A stretch of DNA of 62,626 bases, the filler included, from Dimorphilus gyrociliatus (taxonomy: Eukaryota > Animalia > Annelida), in assembly GCA_904063045.1 (NCBI GenBank). It is 4 parts of 4 records of this genome, joined end to end, with 100 filler letters (N's around TTAATTAATTAA, not from the genome) between each part and the next. Parts side by side here need not be neighbours in the genome. Positions count along the whole stretch, not along the records: positions 1 to 27,385 come from CAJFCJ010000114.1; 3 more parts are not named here. The stretch is one strand, 5' to 3'. The notes beneath the pieces are model-generated. The model was given only the letters and a program-made list of their open reading frames with translations, was not told the origin of the DNA and did no database searches. Positions 1 to 10,420 of this stretch are shown here, in pieces. Position 1 is the first letter of the stretch. Each line of letters starts with the position of its first letter. The position numbers and the translations under genes are program-made.

Positions 1-628
1 ATGCTCTTGCTGGCAAAATCTATGCGTTTGCAAGTTATAACAATACTGGTTCTACTCGAACCTTTAAACAAATGTTTAAATTAAAAGGTTTATTCGCAAT
101 AATAATACTTAAGCAAGTAACAATATGAGAGTTCGATAGCAGAGTAGATAGTTTGTAAAGCAGGTTGCCAAATTACCAAACTGTCTTCCAATGTTGAGGA
201 GTAGATGGATGGTTCCAGTGGAGGTTGTTTCCAGATGATTTTCCCAGGTCCTTGGGTCCAGATGGAAGCTGCATGCCAAATGAGAATAATGAGGATTTAT
301 ATACTTTGAGGTTTGTCTCTGACATCCAATCATCACTTTACAGTTGCCAAATGTGTAGTTCATATTTATCTTTAGTAACAGGATGTTACAAGGTTCAACA
401 TTTAGGAAGGTTAATTGAATTATAACTTGGCCACACCCTAGGCAAGTTAATTAAATTATAACTTGGCCAAACCTTTATTGGTAATTAAAGATGAGCCTTC
501 AAGCTGACTAATCAGACTTATGTTTGGCCAATGTTATAGCATTTTCTTGCGTAGGTTTTAAGATGTACATGTATATGTTGCATAAAATAATAGAGTTCAA
601 GCATGTAAAATATAACCAAAGTTGTACA
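1..628 (-). repeat. 3' LTR of element 1 (last few bases cut by the window edge)
   Basis: Near-identical to 8513-9142. On the minus strand it begins TGTACAAC right after the PPT. Confidence 0.93.
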
Positions 629-644
629 ACTTCCCCCTTCTTGT
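629..644 (-). promoter_or_regulatory. Polypurine tract of element 1
   Basis: Minus strand ACAAGAAGGGGGAAGT directly abuts the TG start of the 3' LTR. Confidence 0.9.
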
Positions 645-657
645 GAAGATGAGTCCT

Positions 658-3071
658 TCATCTTGATTTAATGAGAATTACAGGTGGTTGTTCTTCTTCA
701 TTAGTTTGATGTTGACTAAAGCTACAACTTTGTTTCATTAGTTTTGGGTTTTCAGGAGAGTTATCTGTGCTCTCACTTGGGGTAGCAATTTCTTCTCTTT
801 GTTTTCTTCTACCAATAATATAGTTGAAAATGATGATACATACCATTGACACTACAATACTCAAACAAATATTTCGTATGATAACATAAAGTGTTTTCCC
901 AGGTTTATAGTACCAACTATGGAAAAACTTTTTAATTCCAGATAAATTGGGTACAATGCCATTTTTCTCTGCAACAGTGACCATGTTATCATACCTTGCC
1001 TGCTTCTGTTCAGTGAACTGATAACTTGCTTAATTTTTGAGTGCTGGTATGCAATATCTTCTTTACCCCATGGTGGAGTAGATCAGCTAATCTGGCAATT
1101 TCAATTTTTGGTTCAGAAAGGTGATTGTGGATATGTAACTGCATGGATTTTGCAGACACAGTGTGAAATCTGCATCCTCTTTCTGAATAATACACATATG
1201 TTTTGTCTTTCATTGGTTGGTTTCTTATAGGATTTAATGGGTTGTGAGTTGTTTTGTAGAATAACTTGTTAAACTTACACTCATTATAGGTAATCTCTTC
1301 AGGATTGACTTGCTGTAAAACATGAGTAACTGGTTCTACTTGGAAAAGCAGGTTGTTCATGGTGACAAGTAAAAATTGAGAACATTTGTTATTCTTTTTT
1401 ATCATGCTTAAGTCACAAACTACTTCTGTTGAGGCTATTGGTGAACATTGTTTAATTATAGCTAATTCTCCCATCTGACTACTGTGCATTCCCACTCATT
1501 TGTTAACACTGTGGTCAATTGAGGATCCAAATTTGCTAGTAATGCCATCATTCTGCTTCTTTGAACAAATTGATTGCAGAGAAGACTTGACAGCTGTTGG
1601 GTAAACTTTTTTAAATTCTTAAAATTTGAATCAATACCATGTAGTAAGGTAGATGTTTGGGCAGCTTCTCTCATTTCCAATGGGAATTTGTGGTATGGGT
1701 TTTTACTTATCTTATGTTTCAGTTTTGCTTCCTTCTTCATCTGCTTTTTAGCCATTCTCATGTGTAGAGTAAAATAAATTCCTTCATAGGTAATCTTAAA
1801 TTCTCTGGCTGGTGGTCCTTTATACCATATGCCCAATGTTGGTAATACCTTCTTTTTGATTCTTTTCTCACTGTATACATATTTTGAAATCGTGACAGAT
1901 TGTCTTGTTGCCTTGTCCAATTGACTGCTTGCAGCATTTCTTGGATATAATAGTTATCCAGCTCCCAGTAAGATGGACTAATGGGTTGTTGTAGATGATA
2001 TATCACAACTTCCTTGAGTGTGCCTTTATTTCTCATTAGTTTATACTTTGTGTTTGTTTCTCTGTACCATTGGTTAAGACTTGGTAAGGGGTTGTTTCGC
2101 TTGTATAGTATAATTTTTGTTCTTTAACTTTATTGGGATAGTTTAATAGTCGTTTTTTCTTCATTTTTGCCAATCTTCTGATATTGTAGCAAATTGTATA
2201 GGTGTTCCTTGCTTGTTTCCTGTATTAAACTCTGTTCCTCCAGTGGTACTAGTACTTTTGTTCCAGGACCACCAATTCCATCAATAACTTATCTTGATAA
2301 GGGATGTCCAGAATAGAATACCCTGGACAAGAATAGTGACCAGCAAATTTGATACAACTAATTCTGTTGCTAATTTTTATCCATGGTGATTGTTGCCCAA
2401 GTGTGTAATTATTCTTGAGGTTTCTAAAGACAATAATTGCCTCTTCTGTCTACAATAGGACTGCCCTGGTAAACAATCTTCCAGGTAGTCCAGATTAGTT
2501 GTAATTTTCATATTAGGAGGTTGCCAATATGCTTTGCCAAACTGGATAATTGTGGTGTATTCCAGCACCTTGGTGTTGTTGGCCATGTGTAGGCAGCAGG
2601 AAACTGATCTTGGTGGATCCAAGTGTTTCTTTTCACCATTAAAGGTTTTCCTTGAAAAGATCGTTTGTCTTTTACATCTGTCTGCATTGATCATGAGTTA
2701 CTTTGATAACTGAGTTAACAATCTCCTCTTCTTTGCTCCAAAGAAATAGTAAGTGTAAAAATTAGTTCTTAGATACACTTGACATTTTACTGCTCTTGTT
2801 TCAATTTCTTCCAAGTTCAATTCATAGATATCAGCTGTAATTGTCTTGGTTTCTTGTGATTCTATATTACAAGTTGGCTCATCTGCTAGATCAAATGCCT
2901 GGCTTGGTAGTTGGTTAGAACAAAAGTATAACGGTGGTTTAAATGTTAAGGTAATGTTTGCACTTGTAACATGGGACCTTGGTAGGATGGTTTTGGGACT
3001 GTTATTGAGTGGATGCAGCCACAGATCACCATTACAGTCATCACTAGTGGAAGCCACAACATCTGTTTCAT
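658..3071 (-). pseudogene. env: env-like class III fusion glycoprotein of element 1, split by several frameshifts
   Basis: ORF pieces 2698-3057, 2377-2694, 1758-2036, 1462-1920, 1010-1495 and 658-984 are colinear homologs of the element 2 env (FDLADEPTC, AVKCQV..NFYTYYFFGAKK). Signal peptide MKQMLWLPLVMTVMVICGC, TM ICLSIVVSMVCIIIFNYII. Confidence 0.85.
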
Positions 3072-3660
3072 GTTAGCTCTTCCTGTGTTGGCTATAGTTG
3101 AATGGTTGAAAATTTTGTGTTGTTGTTCCACTCTGATAGTTATTCCATCTTCTAACTCTATATATTGTGGTTCCACTTCTTGTTGGGAATCTAATTGTTC
3201 AGAGATGATTTTAGTCTCATCTAAAAATATGACTGACTCATTGTCTGTGTCACTTGTATTTTCTTTCTCATCTTGGGATGAATCTACCACTATGAGGGAC
3301 TCATTATCTGAATGGGTTATGTCAATAATTCACCTTCAATAATTATTGACTCATTATCAGAATGGGTTATATCAATAATTTCGCTTTCAATAATTATTGA
3401 CTCATTGTCTGAACTAGGTATTTCATCTTCTCTATCAGAGATAATGTTTGCCTCTGAATCTGTATTTTGATCCAGTTCATTATTTGTTTCTGTGTCATCA
3501 CTTTCAGATGAGCTTGAAGGTTCATTGAGACTGTAATTACTGTCTGTTTTGAAAGTATTGCTTGTGTCATAACCAGTATCAGAATTAGTAACTTCCATCT
3601 CTGAGTCATCACTATCTGAGCTTTCTGATGAAGAGTCATGCTGTCCCATCATGGCTATAG
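3072..3660 (-). other. Ser/Asp/Glu-rich low-complexity coding spacer with 51-nt (17-aa) tandem repeats
   Basis: ORFs 3317-3652 and 2946-3290. Unit SDNESIIIESEIIDITH at 3350-3400, and a copy at 3300-3349 lacking 1 nt. Confidence 0.75.
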
Positions 3661-3744
3661 TGACTTTGTTTAGTTGAGGTTGCCTTATTCTTTCAGCCAG
3701 GTTCCCTTTCTTCTATCAAATTTGAGAGAACACTGTTTAGCTTC

Positions 3745-4060
3745 AAAATGAGGTTTGCTCCACAGTTTGTAGGAAATCACAACTAAGTATTATTGCTATG
3801 TCTAGATTTTCCATAACTATAAATTCTTGTTCCATACTTTCTCCAGCAAATTGGATATTCAGCTTTACGCTTCTTTTTGCTTAAAGCTTTCCCATCAGCT
3901 GAAGTTATAATTGGTAAGCCAATTGTTTCTTTATCCATAATTGTAACATCCATTAACTTGATTTCTTTTTCAGTAATAAAGGATCTCAATGCTCCTGTGT
4001 CACACAAGGCAATGACTTCTTGGCCTTTTTGATTCTTCAAACGGAATTGGAAGTCATTTC
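3745..4060 (-). pseudogene. Second retropepsin-like aspartic protease domain downstream of integrase
   Basis: IALCDTGALRSFI in the integrase frame (DTG at 3993-4001). After one frameshift, KLNIQFAGESMEQEFIVMENLDIAIILSCDFLQ matches the C-terminal ILGxDFL motif. Confidence 0.8.
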
Positions 4061-4149
4061 GTCCTTCTACCTGAGAAAGATATTGGAGGTGTGTTATTTC
4101 CTTCTCCACTAGGTGAAAGATTGTTGTTGCTTCTTTCCCTGTTTCCAAC

Positions 4150-5130
4150 TTATTAGATTCATTGGCTAGTCTTAATCTGCTACCATGTACCAACTTGCAT
4201 GTATTATCATCCATTTGTATTTCATATATCCACTTTTGATGATTGACTTTTGTTATTCGGTATGGGCCTAACCATTTTAAAGAAGGGATTTTTGTTATTG
4301 CAATTCTTGCAGCATCAAATAGTACGTTTGTTTCAGGAGAGGTAGTATGCATTGTTACATCAATCAGTGTTCTTGTGCTGGTGCCAAAAAGAAGTTCCTG
4401 GGGTGGTAGTCTTGTACTTCCTACAGGTGATTGATTCAAAAATGCTTGAATCAAGGGTAGGTTTGCAACCCAGTTATGCTGATTTTCTTCCACCACTAAT
4501 TTATTGATTTCCTTCCTCACTTCTCTATTTCTTCGTTCAACTAGTCCATTGCTCTGGCTTCTATAAGCTGTTGTTTGGATTTTCTCAATACCTAATACCT
4601 TCATAAACTCTTTAAAAGCTTTACCAACAAAGTTTCTTCCTTGATCTGTCAACATTTGTTTTGGAATTCCAAAAATGGGGAAAAATCTGTTGAAAAGAAG
4701 GTTTGCAATTTCTTTACTGGTTTGCTGTTTGAGTGCATATAAAACTGTGTATCTACTGAAATGATCCACTATCACAAGTATGAATCTGTATGACTTAACC
4801 ATGGGTAAGGGTCCCATTATATCCATGGCCACCAACTCCATTGGTGATGCAGGGTGAAAGGTTTCTACCAAAGGGTATACTCTACTCCACCATTCATTTG
4901 TTCACACAAAGTGCAATCCTTTATTGAATTCTCAATCATAATCTTTAATTTTGGGTGCCAAAAGGTCTTTGTAATTATTTGTAATGTCATTCTGGGTCCA
5001 TGGTGATTGTGAATTTTATTTTTATGGAATTTAGGGAGCAGAGTTAGCATCAAATGGTCAGGTAAAACCAGAATGTTTCTTTCTTCAAGGATAATCCAGA
5101 TCATTTCCTTGTGAACAAACATCTCCATTA
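4150..5130 (-). pseudogene. pol: Integrase of element 1 (HHCC, DDE, GPY/F), frameshifted, with an internal deletion relative to element 2
   Basis: HNHHG..FWHPKL..CTLC; MDIMGP, TDQGRNF, SNGLVERRNRE; KWLGPYRI. Confidence 0.92.
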
Positions 5131-5648
5131 TGAAAGGTGTAAAAGTTCCAAAATAAGGATAGGTAGCTGACCATCCAGTGTTAAATATTCTTTAATTGAT
5201 TTTAAATTCACATCTTTTTCTTGCTCTGACTGTAAGTCAACAGAAGACAAATCAATTTTCTCTTCACTGTTATCACTGGTAGCTACAAAAGTTAACTCTG
5301 GTGTATGTTCATACTGTTCCATTTTAACTGAAATAGAGGGAGAATTCTCCTCTTTGATTCTTCCATGAATTAGCTCTTCAAATGTTACTTTCCTTGGGGG
5401 TGTATATTCTTCTAATCTTGTTAATGCATCTGCTCTATTTTTTTGTCCTGTCACATAGTTAATTGTAAATTTAAATCCATTAAAGCCATGACCCATTTTG
5501 CTGTGCTGACATTCAATTTGTTTTGCTTAAATGTTTGTACTAGACTCTGAGGTCAGTATATAAAAAGAATGGCTTGTCTTGAAGGTAATGTAAAAATTTC
5601 TTTACAACCCAGTAAACCCAAATGCTTCCTTTTGATAGGCTGCATATT

Positions 5649-8447
5649 TCATTTGATTATTGTTGAATTGTTTTGAAGGTAGGCAATGGGTTTCATTGTT
5701 TTCTTCCCATTCTCATCTACATAAACTTGTTCAAGAACTCCTCCTACAGCTACATTCGATGCATCTGTTGTTAAGTGAAAATCTTTAGCAAAATCAGGTA
5801 GTTGTAATACAGGAGGGTTAACTACTGCATCTCTCAACTTGAAAAATGATTGCTTGGCTTCCTCAGTCCATTGCAATTTATCCTTTTTCCCATGTAGTTT
5901 CATTAACATATACAGAGGTTTAGCTACTCTTGCAAAATCTTGTATAAATTTTCTGTAATAGCCACAAAACGCAACAAAGCTTAGTAGTGAATTTGCAAAC
6001 ACTGGTGGCTGTAAATTATATAATTTATCTGTCTTGGACTTATCTGTTTCAATCCCCTTTTCTGATACAATGTGTCCCAAGAATTGAACTTGTTCTTTCA
6101 AAAACACACATTTACTTAGTTTAATCTTAAAATTGTACTTTTGAATCTGTTGAAGAATGGTCTCCAATGCTTCCCAATGTTGGTCCAGCGACTTGGTAAA
6201 TATTATTATGTCATCAAGGTAGTTTAGGCACAAATGCTTTACATCCTTTAGCACAAATGAATTCATTACATAACTAAAATGAGGAGGGGCATTCGTTAAT
6301 CCAAAAGGCATCTTAATAAATTCAAACAAGCCAAAAGGTGTAATAAATGCTGTTTTAGACCTATCTTCTTTCTTGATGTTAATGTGGTGGTATGCACTTG
6401 TCAAATCCATTGTAGAAAAGAATTTATTTCCTCCTCCCAAATGGTCAAAAAGATCATCCTGATTTGGCAGTGGATACTTGTTTTTAACTGTCATTTTGTT
6501 TAGTTTTCTATAATCTACACACATTCGTAGACTACCTTCCTTCTTTCTTACAAAAACAATTGGTGAAGCCCAATTGCTCTTGCTTGGTTGAATAACTTTG
6601 CTTTTTACCAATTCAGCTATCTGTTGCTTACATTCTTCTTGTTTTTGAGGAGGCATTCTATATGGCCTTTGTCTATATGGTGTTGAACCTGGTTCAAGAG
6701 TTATTTCCAAGGGTGGTACCTCTGGATTGCCAATATCAAATCTGTCTTCTGCAATAGTTTCTTTATATTTTGCCAGAATTTGGGTAACTTTGTTCTTCAT
6801 CTCGGGATTTTCTTGTTCAATTGTTGTCTGAAGGGTATGTATTTGACTCTCATTCTTTTTCATAATAAGAGGAACTGGGTAAAATCCTTTGAAAGATAAG
6901 TGTTGTGTTCCAACAGGGTAATTCTTTTCTGTACCTGGCTGGAGTATAATCTGTCTCTTGCCAAAGTCAAGGGTAGCTCCATTTTGTTGTAGAAAGTCAC
7001 ACCCAATAATACATTGTTGTGTAATGATTTTGTTGATCAGAAAGCGTTGTTTAATAATCTTTCCATTAAAATAAAGTCTGAGAATGATTTCTCCACATAT
7101 CTCAATGCTATTTCCTGAAGCATCTCTAGCATTTTTCACAGTTTGTTCTGGGAAGGATGCTTTTCCTTGAACTTGTCTTAATACCTTTTTTGAAATGAAA
7201 GATCTGTCACTACCAGAGTCTATCAAGGCATCAAACTTAAAACCAGTATTAGTTTCAAATTGTCCAATAAATGTTGAAGCATTTCGCTCAGATTGTTTGC
7301 TTTGTAACAGCTGACAAGTGGATTCGTCACTATCTGAAAAACAGAGAATATCTTGAAGTTCGTCATTTTCTGACATGCTTTCATTGTCTACTGTTTCTAA
7401 TTTTTGTAGCTTAGGTTCCTCTTTCAGTATCGTCTTTGCTGGTTGATTTTTCTTATAATACCTGTTTGTTGTAGTTGGTGCATACTTTTGTACTTTTTGG
7501 CTTGAAAACTTTTCTGTAGTAGCATTTTTGTTGTCAGGTACATGCTTTCTATTCCAAAAATTTGGGGTTTCTGTAGAAGCATCTTTTCTGATTACCTGGG
7601 TCTTTTTGGTCTCTTTTCTTTGTTGAGTTTCCAATTTTGACACCATTGTGATCGGTTTTCTTTGAGTTAGTTTTAATGAAGTTTCTGCTTGCTTAGCAGC
7701 CTCATATAGTTCTGCCAATGTTTGACATTTAGGATGTAAGGTGTACACTAAATGTAGAATATCCTGTTGTAATCCTCTTTGTAAAACTTCCATCAGTTTT
7801 ATTTCTTTCATAGTTGCAAGCAATTGTGGTTCCATTGGTCTAGGTGGAGAAAACCTCTTTATCAATTTCTTTGCTCTATTAACAAACTGAACCACACTTT
7901 CGCCATTCATTTGCTTTAAGTTAAGCAATTTCTCTTGATACTCCAAAGGATCCAGATCAAATTCGTCATGGAGGGCTTTCCATATTTCCTCTACAGTAGG
8001 CTCTCCATCCAGAGCCAACACCAAATCCTTTGCAGGACCAGTTAAATAATCTAAAAGATTTGCTTTCACAACATCTTCTCCTATCCAACCATAAGCATAA
8101 CATGCCTGATTAAAGTCTTCTTTGAATTTTGAACACTCCTTGCTTCCATCATACAACTTGAGAATAGTTCTTTGAGGGCGGTCCCAAGCAGCCCTTAATG
8201 CTTGAATTACTGTTGTGATATCAACATTTGGGTTCTGTGCTGGGTGATGTGTCCCATCTCCATGATCTGTTGGAATTGTGATTTGATTTCTTTTCATTTC
8301 ACTCACCAATCTATCATAGTCTTCAATTAGTCTTTGTTGCCTTTCTGACATTCCTGCTGGATGAATTGTAATTGTTGGAGTTGCTGGGGTTGAAGGGTTA
8401 GAGTCTGTAACTGCCCCAGTGGTATTTACATTTTCTCCTTCTGCCAT
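5649..8447 (-). CDS. gag-pol: Gag-protease-RT-partial RNase H in a single frame (element 1)
   Basis: Gag LKLYDGS..FNQAC..GW, protease ALIDSGSDRSFI..CIIGCDFL, RT RMCVDYRKLN / MPFGL / YLDDIIIF, RNase H LTTDAS. Likely start is the ATG at 8447 (MAEGEN). Confidence 0.93.
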   Translation of the reverse strand: MAEGENVNTTGAVTDSNPSTPATPTITIHPAGMSERQQRLIEDYDRLVSEMKRNQITIPTDHGDGTHHPAQNPNVDITTVIQALRAAWDRPQRTILKLYDGSKECSKFKEDFNQACYAYGWIGEDVVKANLLDYLTGPAKDLVLALDGEPTVEEIWKALHDEFDLDPLEYQEKLLNLKQMNGESVVQFVNRAKKLIKRFSPPRPMEPQLLATMKEIKLMEVLQRGLQQDILHLVYTLHPKCQTLAELYEAAKQAETSLKLTQRKPITMVSKLETQQRKETKKTQVIRKDASTETPNFWNRKHVPDNKNATTEKFSSQKVQKYAPTTTNRYYKKNQPAKTILKEEPKLQKLETVDNESMSENDELQDILCFSDSDESTCQLLQSKQSERNASTFIGQFETNTGFKFDALIDSGSDRSFISKKVLRQVQGKASFPEQTVKNARDASGNSIEICGEIILRLYFNGKIIKQRFLINKIITQQCIIGCDFLQQNGATLDFGKRQIILQPGTEKNYPVGTQHLSFKGFYPVPLIMKKNESQIHTLQTTIEQENPEMKNKVTQILAKYKETIAEDRFDIGNPEVPPLEITLEPGSTPYRQRPYRMPPQKQEECKQQIAELVKSKVIQPSKSNWASPIVFVRKKEGSLRMCVDYRKLNKMTVKNKYPLPNQDDLFDHLGGGNKFFSTMDLTSAYHHINIKKEDRSKTAFITPFGLFEFIKMPFGLTNAPPHFSYVMNSFVLKDVKHLCLNYLDDIIIFTKSLDQHWEALETILQQIQKYNFKIKLSKCVFLKEQVQFLGHIVSEKGIETDKSKTDKLYNLQPPVFANSLLSFVAFCGYYRKFIQDFARVAKPLYMLMKLHGKKDKLQWTEEAKQSFFKLRDAVVNPPVLQLPDFAKDFHLTTDASNVAVGGVLEQVYVDENGKKTMKPIAYLQNNSTIIK

Positions 8448-8485
8448 ATTTACTTTCTCAAAACTTTTGAATAAACCAAAAGAAT

Positions 8486-8503
8486 ATCCTGTCGACTGCG
8501 CCA
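8486..8503 (-). promoter_or_regulatory. Primer binding site, tRNA-Ser-like
   Basis: Minus strand TGGCGCAGTCGACAGGAT, 4 nt after the LTR end. The plus strand ATCCTGTCGACTGCGCCA resembles the 3' 18 nt of metazoan tRNA-Ser. Confidence 0.82.
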
Positions 8504-8507
8504 AATT

Positions 8508-9142
8508 TGTACTGCTCTTGCTGGCAAAATCTATGCGTTTGCAAGTTATAACAATACTGGTTCTACTCGAACCTTTAAACAAATGTTTAAATTAAAATGG
8601 TTTATTCGCAATAATAATACTTAAGCAAGTAACAATATGAGAGTTCAATAGCAGAGTAGATAGTTTGTAATAGCAGGTTGCCAAATTACCAAACTGTCTT
8701 CCAATGTTGAGGAGTAGATGGATGGTTCCAGTGGAGGTTGTTTCCAGATGATTTTCCCAGGTCCTTGGGTCCAGATGGAAGCTGCATGCCAAATGAGAAT
8801 AATGAGGATTTATATACTTTGAGGTTTGTCTCTGACATCCAATCATCACTTTACAGTTGCCGAAATGTGTAGTTCATATTTATCTTTAGTAACAGGATGT
8901 TACAAGGTTCAACATTTAGGAAGGTTAATTGAATTATAACTTGGCCACACCCTAGGCAAGTTAATTAAATTATAACTTGGCCAAACCTTTATTGGTAATT
9001 AAAGATGAACCTTCAAGCTGACTAATCAGACTTATGTTTGGCCAATGTTATAGCATTTTCTTGCGTAGGTTTTAAGATGTACATGTATATGTTGCATAAA
9101 ATAATAGAGTTCAAGCATGTAAAATATAACCAAAGTTGTACA
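8508..9142 (-). repeat. 5' LTR of element 1 (635 bp, TGTAC...GTACA)
   Basis: 5-bp terminal inverted repeat. Differs from the left LTR at only a handful of visible positions. Internal direct repeat AATTATAACTTGGCCA occurs twice. Confidence 0.93.
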
Positions 9143-10420
9143 ACTTCCCCCTTCTTGTACAAGTTGTACAATGTCAATATGTTATTATGATATAACAAAT
9201 ATAGCATAAAAAAGGATAAGTAACCCTGATTCACTTGACCTTGACCTTTTACGAACCAAATAATCATTGCATTTTTTTAGATAAGAAGATGATAATGGAT
9301 ATTTGTGATAGTTAATAAACAATCCAGACAATGTTTAGAATGTGTTTTCAAGCAGTTTTATTATATCTTTAGCTCTCTCTCTCTCTCTCTCTCTGTGATG
9401 TTAGGCTTTCCTTGATGATAACTTCATCATCAATGCTATTGATATAGTATAAAAGTAAACAAATATAATTTAATCTGATTGTTAAAACAAACCTACAAGT
9501 AGTGGAATCATCTAAATAAACACTTTCACCATGCAATAGAGAATTCCCTCAAATGTACCCTTTAAAAATAGGTCATGTGCAAAAGTCATTAATCTTTTTA
9601 AAGATTATTGATGTTCAAGATTAGAATATAGATGAAATATAAATGAATCTCTTTACAAAATCATTGAAAATTTAATGAATTGACTTGTTCAAACATTAAA
9701 AGGTATGTTTGTCAGAGTATGAATACCAATTGTTCAAGACAATATTCAATTATTAATGAATACTTTGGTTGATAGTTGACTTAGTAATTGTCAATTTGAC
9801 AAGCAGAATGCCAGTATTTCATCCAAAGAATATTTATTGAGTAAATGAGTTGTTTAGTTTCCTATATATTTAGTAATTCAGAAAAAATTACATAAAATGT
9901 AAGAACTTTGAGCAGGAGTTGAATGGAATATAGAAGGGAAAATTAGACAAAGGACAGCATTATGCTGTCCTTTTTTTTTAATAAATCCCATAAGTTATTC
10001 ATAATAAAATATGCAGATGGTAAATATTAATGCATTTGGATATCTAAAATAGTCAACTGTAATGAGTGTAGTTTAAATCGTTTAATGAATATCTATTGGA
10101 GGGCAGTCTGAGTATGATTTAATTAAAATTTATAAAAAGCTACTCTCTGTGTACTTTGTTGTATTGTAATTGTAGGAATTTCTGGTTCGTCACAACTGTA
10201 ATTGTCCTTTCCAATCATTTACCAACTTGCCAAAGTACTGGTCCAAATAGAACCTTTAAAGTTCGTCCACAAATAGTCTAACAAAGGCAATTTCGGTAGA
10301 AATTGATTAACAAAACACCAGTATTTCGTCCAAAGAATATGTATTGAGTAAAATGAGCTTCTAGTTCTAAACAAGCTAGTTTAAACAACTAGCTGACGGT
10401 TAGAAAACTGAACTATCAAC

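Larger units (their letters stand above)
1..9142 (-). mobile_element. Ty3/Gypsy LTR retroelement 1, full length, env-bearing, frameshifted
   Basis: Direct repeats at 1-628 and 8508-9142, PBS next to the right LTR, PPT next to the left LTR, and minus-strand gag/PR/RT/RH/IN/env motifs in Gypsy order. Confidence 0.95.

Noticed and set aside
1-100. Tandem array of elements sharing the left LTR
   Set aside because: The match to the right-hand copy lies wholly within the LTR (8508 onward). No PBS is visible at the window edge.
109-425. Short ORFs inside the LTR (also 8592-8849), and short antisense ORFs within pol/env
   Set aside because: No motifs, differ between the two LTR copies, and are expected by chance.
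8448-8582. N-terminal extension of the 977-aa ORF
   Set aside because: It runs through the PBS and into the LTR. MAEGEN at 8447 is the more plausible start.
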